A stretch of 64,000 nt of DNA from the IMG/VR virus record IMGVR_UViG_3300047510_001751, positions 32,001 to 96,000 of that record. One strand, given 5' to 3'. This document shows positions 24,116-33,665 of this stretch, piece after piece; position 1 is the first letter of the stretch; each line of letters starts with the position of its first letter. A program made the position numbers and the translations under genes. The notes beneath the pieces are model-generated. The model saw only the letters and a list, made by a program, of their open reading frames with translations, was not told the DNA's origin and did no database searches. Source of the stretch: a virus.

Positions 24116-24238
24116 TCACGTTGTCATGATATGAGCTTTACAATTATTACAAACTGTAAAGCACTCATACTATAGCACCTATTTAGTTGTCTTGTCAACC
24201 CCCCGTGGATAAATATATTTGGTGGGGAACCCGAACGT

Positions 24239-24430
24239 ATGCCGAGAGAGTGGAACACTCCGATTAGAGAGCCATGGAATGCTCCTATTCATAACACATT
24301 AAAAGCAATAGATAACCACACTCAAGAATACTTTAAGAGTGGCGATAAATGGCATCTACAAAAAGCAGATCAACTTAGGCAATATTTACACGAGTTAAAA
24401 ACCTGGATACATCATCAAGAAGGAAGATGA
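24239..24430 (+). CDS. Conserved cyanophage hypothetical protein
   Basis: MPREWNTP.REPWNAPIH; ATAAATA upstream. Confidence 0.7.
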   Translation: MPREWNTPIREPWNAPIHNTLKAIDNHTQEYFKSGDKWHLQKADQLRQYLHELKTWIHHQEGR

Positions 24431-24666
24431 AATTTAATTTAACCAAACTTATTTTTATAGTTTGTTTTTCTACTGTTGGATTTGTTGGGTTAAATTTCAT
24501 TGCCTGTAATTTCATGTTACCAGGATCAATCATTAGTGCTAATGTTCTTGGGGGATTAAAAAACCCCCCTCCTTTAGATTGTAAGGAATCTGAAAGAAGA
24601 GGGTATGAAACTTTATTAACTATTCTCACTACAGTAATTGCTCTACGAGCTAAGGTAGAAGATTAA
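24427..24666 (+). CDS. Small membrane protein
   Basis: N-terminal TM and hydrophobic C-terminus; ATGA coupling. Confidence 0.6.
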   Translation: MKFNLTKLIFIVCFSTVGFVGLNFIACNFMLPGSIISANVLGGLKNPPPLDCKESERRGYETLLTILTTVIALRAKVED

Positions 24667-25145
24667 GAAACCCAGAGTTTACCCTCTGCCTTTCTTCTTC
24701 TAAGTAGTCCTGCCTCTACATTACTACCAGGATTACGATACATCTCTAGAACTTTAGGAACGTCGTTCCATTTTTGATCTTTTAAGATACGAGTGATAGT
24801 ATTAAAATTCCCAGAACCATAGAAATTAGCGCCGAGATTATAAGCAAAAGATAATAATGCTCCACGTTGATTGTCATTCATCTCACTCCAATAAGGAATT
24901 TTTTGTAGGGCAGGTAAGAATCTATGCTCAACATCATACATCAGATATTCATCTGCTTGCTGTTGAGTAATAAACTGACCTAACATAAAGGTAGATCCAT
25001 CTGGTCTACGAGTGCTTCCCCATCCTATTGTAATAGGAGCAGCACCTGTTTTGGGATCTGGGTATGCTTTTAAATGACAACCTTCAAACTCTTTGATTAG
25101 TTCTAGCCCTCGATGAGGAATAGAACTTACTACTTTTTTACGGCG
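24663..25145 (-). CDS. GH24 phage lysozyme domain without its own start codon (frameshift-accessed)
   Basis: Frame open 25145-24663: LIKEFEGCHLKAYPDP..ITIGWGST, ALLSFAYNLG, GLLRRRKAEGKLW; first ATG (24986) lies after the catalytic E/D/T. Confidence 0.85.
   Translation of the reverse strand, partial: RRKKVVSSIPHRGLELIKEFEGCHLKAYPDPKTGAAPITIGWGSTRRPDGSTFMLGQFITQQQADEYLMYDVEHRFLPALQKIPYWSEMNDNQRGALLSFAYNLGANFYGSGNFNTITRILKDQKWNDVPKVLEMYRNPGSNVEAGLLRRRKAEGKLWVS
25099..25139 (-). other. Candidate -1 programmed ribosomal frameshift signal
   Basis: A_AAA_AAG (25139-25133), 5-nt spacer, hairpin AGTTCTA...TAGAACT. Confidence 0.8.
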
Positions 25146-25834
25146 TCAAAAACTCTACCCCAACCATCATTGCCTTTTGGGCACCATCTACGTGCCAACT
25201 CAGATCGTTTGTATACCGCTCCTCTACCATTGGTAACAGGACCCGTATAGCCATCGTTAAGGCTTCCATACGGGTCATGAACGATGTAGTCTCCAGCGGG
25301 GGTCTTCCCAATCACAACACACATGTGGCCTCCTGTAGGAGCACTGAGAGGTCCCCTGTGAAGGATGCCAATTACCATTGGACGATTTGCTGCTAATTCT
25401 TTATCGAGATCAGCAAATGACAAATCATATTTGAATGCAGATTTAATACCATACCCCATCAAGACACGAGTTTGTACAGTATGATCGGTTGTATCCCCAG
25501 CAGCAAATACTTTCTGAACATAAGCATCGTCACCTTTAGGACCTTTCAGTGTGCCTGGTTTAAAATATTCAAGACACATAGCACAAGCAGAACTATTACA
25601 AGTTCGTTGAGCATCACGATAATTATCTGTTTGAGGGAACCAAGGGAAGTTTTCAAGAATATTAGTTGCTTGTTTTTGAACTGATGTTCTGTATGTTTTA
25701 ACCCAACCAGAAGTATCTTCTAATTCTTCTGGGGCTGATTTTTCCAAAGCATGAAAAAACATTTCAACTGCTTTTACGTGATTGGGATTCTTCTCATCAA
25801 AATGTTTAAAGAAGTTATGTAAATTAATTTTCAT
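25130..25834 (-). CDS. Peptidase C39-like protein
   Basis: QTDN...TCNSSACAM (Cys), GGHMCVVIG (His), IVHDPYG (Asp). Confidence 0.88.
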   Translation of the reverse strand: MKINLHNFFKHFDEKNPNHVKAVEMFFHALEKSAPEELEDTSGWVKTYRTSVQKQATNILENFPWFPQTDNYRDAQRTCNSSACAMCLEYFKPGTLKGPKGDDAYVQKVFAAGDTTDHTVQTRVLMGYGIKSAFKYDLSFADLDKELAANRPMVIGILHRGPLSAPTGGHMCVVIGKTPAGDYIVHDPYGSLNDGYTGPVTNGRGAVYKRSELARRWCPKGNDGWGRVFDAVKK

Positions 25835-26169
25835 TGTTTTTCTCTGTGAAGTTGAATGTAATACTCGGCATCTACTACGACTAATGGTTTCTTGCCATTC
25901 TTTTTCATGACAAGGACTGGTTCATAATCACCTGAGTTTGCTTGAGCTTGTTCGTAAGCATCCCAAACATTTAACTTTTCTACATTCTTACATTCAATGC
26001 TGTGGGGAAACTTTTGTCTGGCAGCTCGTGCCATGATTAAATCTTCTCCACCAGCGCCCATCGATCTAGATTCAATATCTTCAGGATGAACGTCAAGCAT
26101 TTCAATAAGTTTGTCACGTACCCATTGCTGAAGACGACGACCTTTCGCTTTCGCTGACTGAACTTTCAT
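25831..26169 (-). CDS. PD-(D/E)XK nuclease (Holliday junction resolvase-like)
   Basis: SAKAKGRRLQQWV, GAGGEDL, SIECKN. Confidence 0.75.
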   Translation of the reverse strand: MKVQSAKAKGRRLQQWVRDKLIEMLDVHPEDIESRSMGAGGEDLIMARAARQKFPHSIECKNVEKLNVWDAYEQAQANSGDYEPVLVMKKNGKKPLVVVDAEYYIQLHREKQ

Positions 26170-26208
26170 AATAAAAAACCCCCATATAGGAGGTATTTAT
26201 CTATTCAA

Positions 26209-27393
26209 TTAAAGTTGGAACCCAACAAATGTATCTTTAGTTACGTCTTGTTTGAGACCACCAATAACATAACTTTCAACTTCTGTTTCTTGTGGTGCTA
26301 CTTGCATAGACTTAGAATTTAACCAGTGCTCAGTCCAAGGAAGTGGATTGTTATTAAGAGGAGCATCAAAGATTGGATTAAATCCAATTGCTTTTAGACG
26401 ACGATTAGCAGTCCACTCAACATACTTCTGAAGTAGTTTAGCATTCAAACCAATCATAGAACCATCTTTAAACAGATAGTCAGCCCAAAGTTTTTCTTCT
26501 TCTACACATTGTTTGAACATGTTATAAACAGTCTGCTCTTCTTCTTTAGCAATTTTAATCATATCAGAATCATCACCCTGATTCCATTTATTAATAATGT
26601 TTTGGGTAATAACAAGATGCTGTGACTCATCACGGGCGATTAAACCAATGATCTTAGCATTACCTTCCATGAGTTTGAGTTCACCGAAAGCAAACGAGCA
26701 AGCAAAAGAAACGTAGAAACGAATACCCTCAAGAATATTTACGTTCATGACAGCAAGATACAATTTACGTTTCAGATCATAAAGAGTTTCTTTGGCAGCA
26801 GGAACACCTTCAAGTTGATGCTGCCATTGATTACCAGAAGAATAATCTTGAGCAGCCTGAATAAAATCATCGTATGCTTTAGTTACACTTTGAGCACGTT
26901 GTAAAATTTGCTCATCGTGAATGATTGTATTAAACACCTCAGTTGGATCTGGATAGACATTCTTAATAATGTAAGTATAAGAACGACTATGTACCATTTC
27001 CATAAACTCCCACACTTTCATACATGCTTCCAGTTCAGGAAGAGAACAGTGGGGAGCGAACGCCATACTAGGACCACGACCCTGAACAGAATCTAGAAGA
27101 ATCTGATACTTAAGATTAGCAGTGAAGATATGCTTTTGCTCTGGACGAAGTGATTGAAAATCAGCACGATCCTTTTGAAGGGAGACCTCCTCAGGTCTCC
27201 AAAAGTATCCAAGTTGAGTTTGAGTAAGTTTATCAAACACAGGATATTTAAACTGATCGTATCTTTGGACCCCCAAGGGGGCACCAAAGAACATCGGTTG
27301 TTTTAAAGTATTGACATCTGCTGTGTTGAATACAGTCATGCCGTCGATCTTGCTCATGGGTTCTTCGGTAAGTTTAAATTTTACAACTGTCAC
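26209..27393 (-). CDS. nrdB: Ribonucleotide reductase class Ia beta subunit
   Basis: YFWRPEEVSL, LEGIRFYVSFACSFAF, IARDESQH, QVAPQETE. Confidence 0.98.
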   Translation of the reverse strand: MTVVKFKLTEEPMSKIDGMTVFNTADVNTLKQPMFFGAPLGVQRYDQFKYPVFDKLTQTQLGYFWRPEEVSLQKDRADFQSLRPEQKHIFTANLKYQILLDSVQGRGPSMAFAPHCSLPELEACMKVWEFMEMVHSRSYTYIIKNVYPDPTEVFNTIIHDEQILQRAQSVTKAYDDFIQAAQDYSSGNQWQHQLEGVPAAKETLYDLKRKLYLAVMNVNILEGIRFYVSFACSFAFGELKLMEGNAKIIGLIARDESQHLVITQNIINKWNQGDDSDMIKIAKEEEQTVYNMFKQCVEEEKLWADYLFKDGSMIGLNAKLLQKYVEWTANRRLKAIGFNPIFDAPLNNNPLPWTEHWLNSKSMQVAPQETEVESYVIGGLKQDVTKDTFVGFQL

Positions 27394-29683
27394 AATCTTC
27401 TTCCTCCAAAGTCAATAGGTCATGAATGAAATTATCTGTTTCTTGAGGCTTTTCAATAATTACCTCATCTTTCTTAGCATCGTATGTGTTTTGATAGTAA
27501 GAAGTTTTCCAACCGTATTTGTAAGTGTTCAAGAAATCTTGAGCCATTACACTTACTGGTACTTCATTGTCGGAATAGTTTTCTGGATTGTATGACCAGT
27601 TCCCCGAAATCGCTTGGTCAAAGAACTTTTGCATAACAGCAACAATATTGATATACCCAGTATTGTTAGGCATATCCCAGAGAAGCGTATAATTGTTCTT
27701 AAGAGATTGATAACTGGGGACAATCTGCTTGAGAGGTCCCTTCTTCGATTTCTTAACGGACAAGTAATCTCTAGGTGGCTCGATTCCATTTGTGGCATTT
27801 GACACAACGGAACTGCTCTCCGAAGGCATCTGTGCGGACAGTGTTGAGTGCCTGAGACCGTGAGCCAAGATGGATGCTCTAAGTTCTTCCCAATCATAAT
27901 TGAGGTTGTTTGGTACGATTTCGTCTACGTCTTTTTTGTAAGTGTCGATTGGGAGAATACCGTCAGAGTATTTTGTTCTATTAAAATATCCACAGGCTCC
28001 TTTTTCCTTGGCGATTTCGTTGGAAGATTTGAGCAGATAGAACTGGAAAGCTTCAGTAAGGTCGTGGACGAGTTGCCATGATCTTGAATCGTCATAATGT
28101 TCTCCATGTTTAGCTAGATAGTGAGCAAGACCAATATAACCAATACCAAGAGAACGACGGTTGATCGTAGAAACCTCAGCAGCCTTGACTGGATAATTCT
28201 GGTAATCAATTAACTCTTCAAGACCACGAACAGAAAGATCACAAAGTTCTTCCAGTTCATCTAGATTTTTTAATTTCCCTACGTTAATAGCAGAGAGAAT
28301 ACAAAGGGCAATTTCTCCTTCTCCATCAATGTGCTCAATGGGATCAGTTGGAAGTGTAATCTCCTGACAGAGATTAGACATATAAACTTTATCTTTAAAG
28401 GAAGAATGAGTATTACAATGATCGATATTCATAATGTAAATACGACCAGTTTCTGCTCTTTCTTTTAGAAGATCAAGAATCAATTCTTGAGCGCCAACTG
28501 TTTTCTTTTTGATGTTTGGATCCTTTTCGTACTTTACGTAGAGTTCATCAAACTCAGGATAACCAAATGCTTTATAAAGACCAGGAACGTCATGTGGCGA
28601 GAACAATGTAATGTCTTCGTTCTTGATAAACCTTTCATAGAAAAGTTTACTAGTTTGAATTGAGTAATCAAGTTTACGAACTCGATTATCTTCAGTTCCT
28701 TTATTGTTTTTGAGAACTAGAATATCTTCTATTTCTTGGTGCCAGATTGGAAAGTGGACAGTAGCACTTCCACCACGAATCCCGTTTTGTGTACAGCATC
28801 TGACAGTCGATTCAAACTTTTTGAGGAATGGGATAACCCCTGTATGAGCAACTTCTCCGCCTCGGATCTTACTGTTGACTCCACGGATTCTGCCAGCGTT
28901 GATGCCAATACCCGCCCTTTGAGCAACATACTTCCCGATAGCCATATCAGAACTAAAGATGCTATTGAGGGTGTCATCAGAATCAATAAGAACACAACTA
29001 GCAAATTGTCTAAGTGGTGTTCTGACTCCCGCCATGATTGGTGTTGGGATGTTGATCTTGTGCTTGGAGATGGCATTGTAGTAACGGCGAACGTAATCCA
29101 ATCGTACTGAAAGTGGATACTCAGCAAACAATGTCAGAGCAATCATCATATACATGTATTGGGGAGTTTCATATACCTCACCACTACTTCTATCCTGGAC
29201 AAGATACTTGTCAACTACTTGACGTAGACCAGCATAAGAAAATAGATAGTCACGTTGATGATCAACCCAACCATTAATTTTTGCCCAATCCTCATCAGAA
29301 TACTTGTCTAGGATTTCTTCATCATATACTTTCAGAACTGTTGAATTATATAGGGCAACATCATAGATGCTAGGCATACCCTCTTTCCAAATATTCTTGT
29401 GGAACACTTGTTTACGAAGAGCAAACAAAAGGAGGCGAGCTGCTACAAATTGATAGTTAGGATTCTCTAAAGAAATTAAATCACTGGCAGAACGAATAAG
29501 AATTTCTTGAATATTTTCAGTCGTAATACCGTCATAGAATTGAAGACCAGAATTCATTTCTACTTGAGAGGCTGAAACCCCAGCAAGACCATCACAAGCT
29601 TCATCGACCATACGATGAATCTTATCCAAATTTAAAGCTTCAATGGTGCCATCACGTTTTTGAACTTTAATGCCGTTGCTCAT
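27374..29683 (-). CDS. nrdA: Ribonucleotide reductase class Ia alpha subunit
   Basis: ATP-cone, PTPIMAGVRT..QFASC, MSNLCQEI, SNATNGIEP. Confidence 0.98.
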   Translation of the reverse strand: MSNGIKVQKRDGTIEALNLDKIHRMVDEACDGLAGVSASQVEMNSGLQFYDGITTENIQEILIRSASDLISLENPNYQFVAARLLLFALRKQVFHKNIWKEGMPSIYDVALYNSTVLKVYDEEILDKYSDEDWAKINGWVDHQRDYLFSYAGLRQVVDKYLVQDRSSGEVYETPQYMYMMIALTLFAEYPLSVRLDYVRRYYNAISKHKINIPTPIMAGVRTPLRQFASCVLIDSDDTLNSIFSSDMAIGKYVAQRAGIGINAGRIRGVNSKIRGGEVAHTGVIPFLKKFESTVRCCTQNGIRGGSATVHFPIWHQEIEDILVLKNNKGTEDNRVRKLDYSIQTSKLFYERFIKNEDITLFSPHDVPGLYKAFGYPEFDELYVKYEKDPNIKKKTVGAQELILDLLKERAETGRIYIMNIDHCNTHSSFKDKVYMSNLCQEITLPTDPIEHIDGEGEIALCILSAINVGKLKNLDELEELCDLSVRGLEELIDYQNYPVKAAEVSTINRRSLGIGYIGLAHYLAKHGEHYDDSRSWQLVHDLTEAFQFYLLKSSNEIAKEKGACGYFNRTKYSDGILPIDTYKKDVDEIVPNNLNYDWEELRASILAHGLRHSTLSAQMPSESSSVVSNATNGIEPPRDYLSVKKSKKGPLKQIVPSYQSLKNNYTLLWDMPNNTGYINIVAVMQKFFDQAISGNWSYNPENYSDNEVPVSVMAQDFLNTYKYGWKTSYYQNTYDAKKDEVIIEKPQETDNFIHDLLTLEEEDCDSCKI

Positions 29684-30672
29684 ACTTTCTTCCATTCGGT
29701 TAACTTAAGTTTTGCTTCTAAACCTTGATAGGTGTTTGATTCTACCACACTTTGAACGTTGTGTCCAGTCATCACCATATCATTGATATCTTTTTCAATA
29801 ATAGTGGATGGCCAAATAACTACACGTTCTCCATTATCAATTGCTTTTGTGTATTTGGAAACGATTTCTTTATTTCTAGGTTCGTTATCAAAAACATAAA
29901 CTAGTTTGTATTCGCTACCATTGAGATTAACATCGCTGCCACACATGGCAATACTATTGGAAAGGAACATGCTGTCAAACGGTCCTTCGGTAACGTAGAT
30001 TGTTTCATTTTCATCTACTCTATCCATCCCAAATATCTTGGTCTTTGAATCATCTAACATGATTGTAATGTATCTGATCTTGGCTTTAGGAGCCATTGAA
30101 CGACCCTGATATCCAAACATGTTACCTTCTTTATCCCTGAGTGGTATGATAATTCTGGGACCATCTTGCTTCAAGTTTGGGAAAACTTTTTGCTGAGAGT
30201 TCGTCCATTCTTTAAATTTGGGACAGTAGTAAAAGTAATCTAAATCTTTAATTTTTCTTTCTTCTAGGTACACCCGAGCTGGGTGTGTAATATTTAGTTC
30301 TGAAATCTTCTCAAGATCAATTCCTGTTTTCCTTTTCTGAAACTCAGGTTTTGTAAAATTGAAGTCTGGATTTTTGGTCTGTGTATTTTTTCCTGTAAGA
30401 CCCTCTCGATAACGCTCCATCACATACTGATTGTGTAGATGAGCACAGTTATCTTTTAGGAAATTCGTGAACGTTCTTCCCACGCCACAGTTGTGGCACT
30501 TAAACACAAAGTCATTTTTTATCTTAAAAAGATACCCTCTAGTCTTGTTCTGATGTTTCTTACTATCACCACAGTAAGGGCATCGGAAGTTGTAGAGGGA
30601 ATCTTTTTTCTTGGCGAATTTTTGAAGCTGAGGGGAAACTAGACCAATGTACTTGACATCAATGTAACTCAT
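29680..30672 (-). CDS. gp61: DNA primase
   Basis: NFRCPYCGDS zinc finger, YVTEGPFDSMF, VFDNEPRN, KDIND. Confidence 0.96.
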   Translation of the reverse strand: MSYIDVKYIGLVSPQLQKFAKKKDSLYNFRCPYCGDSKKHQNKTRGYLFKIKNDFVFKCHNCGVGRTFTNFLKDNCAHLHNQYVMERYREGLTGKNTQTKNPDFNFTKPEFQKRKTGIDLEKISELNITHPARVYLEERKIKDLDYFYYCPKFKEWTNSQQKVFPNLKQDGPRIIIPLRDKEGNMFGYQGRSMAPKAKIRYITIMLDDSKTKIFGMDRVDENETIYVTEGPFDSMFLSNSIAMCGSDVNLNGSEYKLVYVFDNEPRNKEIVSKYTKAIDNGERVVIWPSTIIEKDINDMVMTGHNVQSVVESNTYQGLEAKLKLTEWKKV

Positions 30673-31100
30673 CGTGTAGTGGTTTGTTCAGTCCTCCCAT
30701 CATAGCGCAACGGAAGCATGTTGTCAACAAATGGGACTACGAATCCGACCAGCAAAATGGCGGCACCCACGAGAGCCGCCGCCTGCCATTTGAATTTTGA
30801 TAATTCGTTTACGTTTGCTTCTACTGTTTCTAATCTTTTGATGACAGCTTTATGCTCTTCAGAATTTGAATGCTTGACATCTTCAATCATTCTAATCATA
30901 AGCTCATCTGTTTTGAGACTTTGCTCAATTCGTTCATCATGCTTAGCTAAAATTGTAGCAATACGTGAATTGCCTTCTGAAATTTTATCTACAGCATTCT
31001 CCAACTTGTCTAGCATCTCTCTTGATAGGGACTCATAGATGTTTAATTTAGATTCCAATACATCCAATTTAGCGAGGTCTTTTGAAAAATTGTTAAACAT
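30669..31100 (-). CDS. Coiled-coil protein with C-terminal TM helix
   Basis: Heptad pattern followed by AAALVGAAILLVGFVV. Confidence 0.7.
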   Translation of the reverse strand: MFNNFSKDLAKLDVLESKLNIYESLSREMLDKLENAVDKISEGNSRIATILAKHDERIEQSLKTDELMIRMIEDVKHSNSEEHKAVIKRLETVEANVNELSKFKWQAAALVGAAILLVGFVVPFVDNMLPLRYDGRTEQTTTR

Positions 31101-31111
31101 CTACTTATCCC

Positions 31112-31837
31112 TCAGATATTTCTTACGGCGAAATCAAGGGCACTTTGGTATGTCGAAGCATCTTTATTAAGCATGTATCTAAATTGCTGTTGATTCTCTG
31201 GGGAGAGGGAAGCATAAGTAGCAGCAATTTTCTTAGCAGAAAAATTATCTAAGTTTTGAACACTACCATCATCAAATTGAATTTTGGCGAATTGTGTTTC
31301 ACCGTGAGTTAGTTCTGAAGTAGCTACTTCTAAAGCTACTTCCACAGCATCAAGTTGTCTTGTAGATTCCATAATTAAACCTCCATCATGTTCATAAGAA
31401 TTTTTTAACGAAACTTTTTTTTGTTGTTCAGAAGCTCTTTTTTTAAAGTCTGAAAGACGAGCTTTCATTAATGTATCCATTTCTTTAGTTTTAGTCATCA
31501 TTTTAGCTTTCGCTTCATCACGTTTCTTTTGTAAATCTTTTTGACGATTTAATTTTTTTTGCTGACCAATCTGTTTCTGGGCTCTCTCGGTTTCGGAGGG
31601 CACCGCTTCAGAAATTAATTGTTGTAATTCTTCTTTCATTTGCTTTCTTCTTGAAATACGAGAGAGTAGATTTTTAGCACCCTTTGTTCTGCCATCAATT
31701 TTATCGGCATTATTTTTTTTATATTTTCTATGCTGTTTTGGATTGACTAAAACAAACGCTGGTGGTAGTTGAAGACCACTACCATCTCCAGCAGAATTAA
31801 TCATTTCGTTTATATTAGGTTCAATTGTTTTAGACAT
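31112..31837 (-). CDS. Hypothetical protein
   Basis: DGRTK motif, long coiled coil. Confidence 0.7.
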   Translation of the reverse strand: MSKTIEPNINEMINSAGDGSGLQLPPAFVLVNPKQHRKYKKNNADKIDGRTKGAKNLLSRISRRKQMKEELQQLISEAVPSETERAQKQIGQQKKLNRQKDLQKKRDEAKAKMMTKTKEMDTLMKARLSDFKKRASEQQKKVSLKNSYEHDGGLIMESTRQLDAVEVALEVATSELTHGETQFAKIQFDDGSVQNLDNFSAKKIAATYASLSPENQQQFRYMLNKDASTYQSALDFAVRNI

Positions 31838-32166
31838 TCTTCGTCAACGTCTTTATTAAGGGTCTCTGGTAATCTATTTAGGAATAACAAAAATGCCTTA
31901 AGTATTGGCCAATATATTGTTTCAATTTTAAAAAATAATAAAGGGGTAGCAGCATCATCAAATACATTATACATTAATATAATATGGTTTAGAATAAGGT
32001 GAGTTTTCAATTCGCCTGTCATTTCATAACGTTTAAGCAATCTTTTGATGTACTTAAAACGATTCAAATCTTCTTCAAAGTCTTCGTATGTAACTGAAGA
32101 AGGATTGTCATAATGTTTAATAGCAAAGATAACCCAGTTATCTTTTGTCAACTCACCAAAGTTCAT
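31810..32166 (-). CDS. Conserved T4-like hypothetical protein
   Basis: FAIKHYDNP...EDFEEDLNRFKYIKRLL..Y...GEL..HLILNHII. Confidence 0.8.
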   Translation of the reverse strand: MNFGELTKDNWVIFAIKHYDNPSSVTYEDFEEDLNRFKYIKRLLKRYEMTGELKTHLILNHIILMYNVFDDAATPLLFFKIETIYWPILKAFLLFLNRLPETLNKDVDEECLKQLNLI

Positions 32167-32172
32167 GTATTA

Positions 32173-33111
32173 TCAAGCAAAAATATTATTGTCAACTGTT
32201 AGGGTTGCTGTATTAGAAATGACTTCTTCAGCACCAGCAGATGATGTGAGCTTGACACGATACTGATAACCGTTAGAAGCAGTGGTAAGTGCTGTAAGAG
32301 CTAGCGAAGAGCTAGTAGCACCAGAAACATTGGTCCACTTAGCAGTAGAACTAGTTCTACGCTGCCACTGATAAACAAGTGATCCAGTAGAAGCAGCGGC
32401 AGTTACCGAGAAGGTAGCAGCAGCAGTTCCAACTGTATCAACAGTGATTACGAGGTCATCAGTTGTATCTACACCACCAATAGTTGAACCAAGAATAGTA
32501 ATTGTTTCGGCAGCAGCGAATCCAGTGCCAACAGCAGTGATAGCAACCGAAGCAATCGCTCCACCAGCACCTCTGGTTACAGTAAACGCTGCTCCAGTTC
32601 CAGCAGCAGATCCAGCAAGACCAGTTAGAGTATAAACTTCATCTGCTTCTCCAGCTAGAGTTGTTCCAGCACCAGCAGTATAAGCGGTGATTGAACCAGC
32701 AGGTGTGTAAGCAGTAGCGTTAGCAGGTTGACCAGAAATAGTGATAGCAGATGCTACGTCAGCAGCAACGTTGTCATCGAGGTCAGCAGTGTTAGCAGGG
32801 GCATCTTTGAATGCTACGAGATGCTGAGCCTTATGGCGAGTAGCACCAGAAGCATCAGTGTATGTGAAATATTCCCACCAACCAGGAGCAGTCAATCCAC
32901 GCTCTCTGTTTTCTGGGAGTGTTGCTTCGACATCATCAATATAAACTGTTCTACGAGCAGCAGTAGCATAACCTTGGGCACCAGGAACAGTGCTTGGACC
33001 ATTAACGATTAGAGTATTATCCCAATCATACTTGTCTACAGAGTTCTTCTCTGTGGTATTCAATACTTTTAAACTTTGTGCGTTATTTTCAGAACGACTG
33101 TAGAGAGCCAT
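32173..33111 (-). CDS. Virion structural protein with Ig-like domains
   Basis: APGWW.Y, ITISGQPA...ATFSVTA....LVYQWQ...YQYRV Ig fold; TATAAATA at 33153-33146. Confidence 0.75.
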   Translation of the reverse strand: MALYSRSENNAQSLKVLNTTEKNSVDKYDWDNTLIVNGPSTVPGAQGYATAARRTVYIDDVEATLPENRERGLTAPGWWEYFTYTDASGATRHKAQHLVAFKDAPANTADLDDNVAADVASAITISGQPANATAYTPAGSITAYTAGAGTTLAGEADEVYTLTGLAGSAAGTGAAFTVTRGAGGAIASVAITAVGTGFAAAETITILGSTIGGVDTTDDLVITVDTVGTAAATFSVTAAASTGSLVYQWQRRTSSTAKWTNVSGATSSSLALTALTTASNGYQYRVKLTSSAGAEEVISNTATLTVDNNIFA

Positions 33112-33165
33112 TTATTTTCCCCAACGTGAACTTTATATCTACAGATATTTATAAAAAAAGGGGAG

Positions 33166-33318
33166 TTACCCTCCCCTAGTAATGTTTTTTAATTTGTTAT
33201 GTATCCAATCATATACACTATTTTCTTTAATTTTTTTGTTATGTCCCATCCACTCTGAGATGGCAAATAATAAAAGAAAAAATATATCAGCTAAAATGTT
33301 TCCTAAAAAACATTCCAT
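33166..33318 (-). CDS. 50-aa membrane micro-protein
   Basis: MECFLGNILADIFFLLLFAISEWMGHNKKIKENSVY...; TGATG coupling; not in ORF track. Confidence 0.55.
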   Translation of the reverse strand: MECFLGNILADIFFLLLFAISEWMGHNKKIKENSVYDWIHNKLKNITRGG

Positions 33319-33485
33319 CACTCACGAAGGAGTGCTTTTCTTACCATAACAACAATCATGTCATCGATATCATTGTCTGTCGATTTAGCATAACGCTCAA
33401 GAAGATGAATAACAAATTCTTTTACTTCACGACTATTCATGAAGTGCTCAACAACCTTCTCGGCTACTCCTAGAAATACTTTCAT
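33318..33485 (-). CDS. 55-aa hypothetical protein
   Basis: MKVFLGVAEKVV...LLERYAKSTDNDIDD; not in ORF track. Confidence 0.6.
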   Translation of the reverse strand: MKVFLGVAEKVVEHFMNSREVKEFVIHLLERYAKSTDNDIDDMIVVMVRKALLRE

Positions 33486-33665
33486 GGTTTCAGCTCCGTA
33501 GAATATTTGGGTTCCCTTTTTATTTAGCGTCGTTTGGCTTTGGATCGCTTGATTGACTTTTCAAAGCACGATTAACATATTTGTTATGTTTTTTCTTTTG
33601 CTGTTTATACTCAGGGGAATTTTCATCTGGCAAGTTAGGCATTACCTCTACAGTGGGCAGTGCCT

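Noticed and set aside
24663-24986. Track ORF as a complete 107-aa lysozyme
   Set aside because: It starts downstream of the catalytic Glu/Asp/Thr segment; the real coding frame extends to about 25145.
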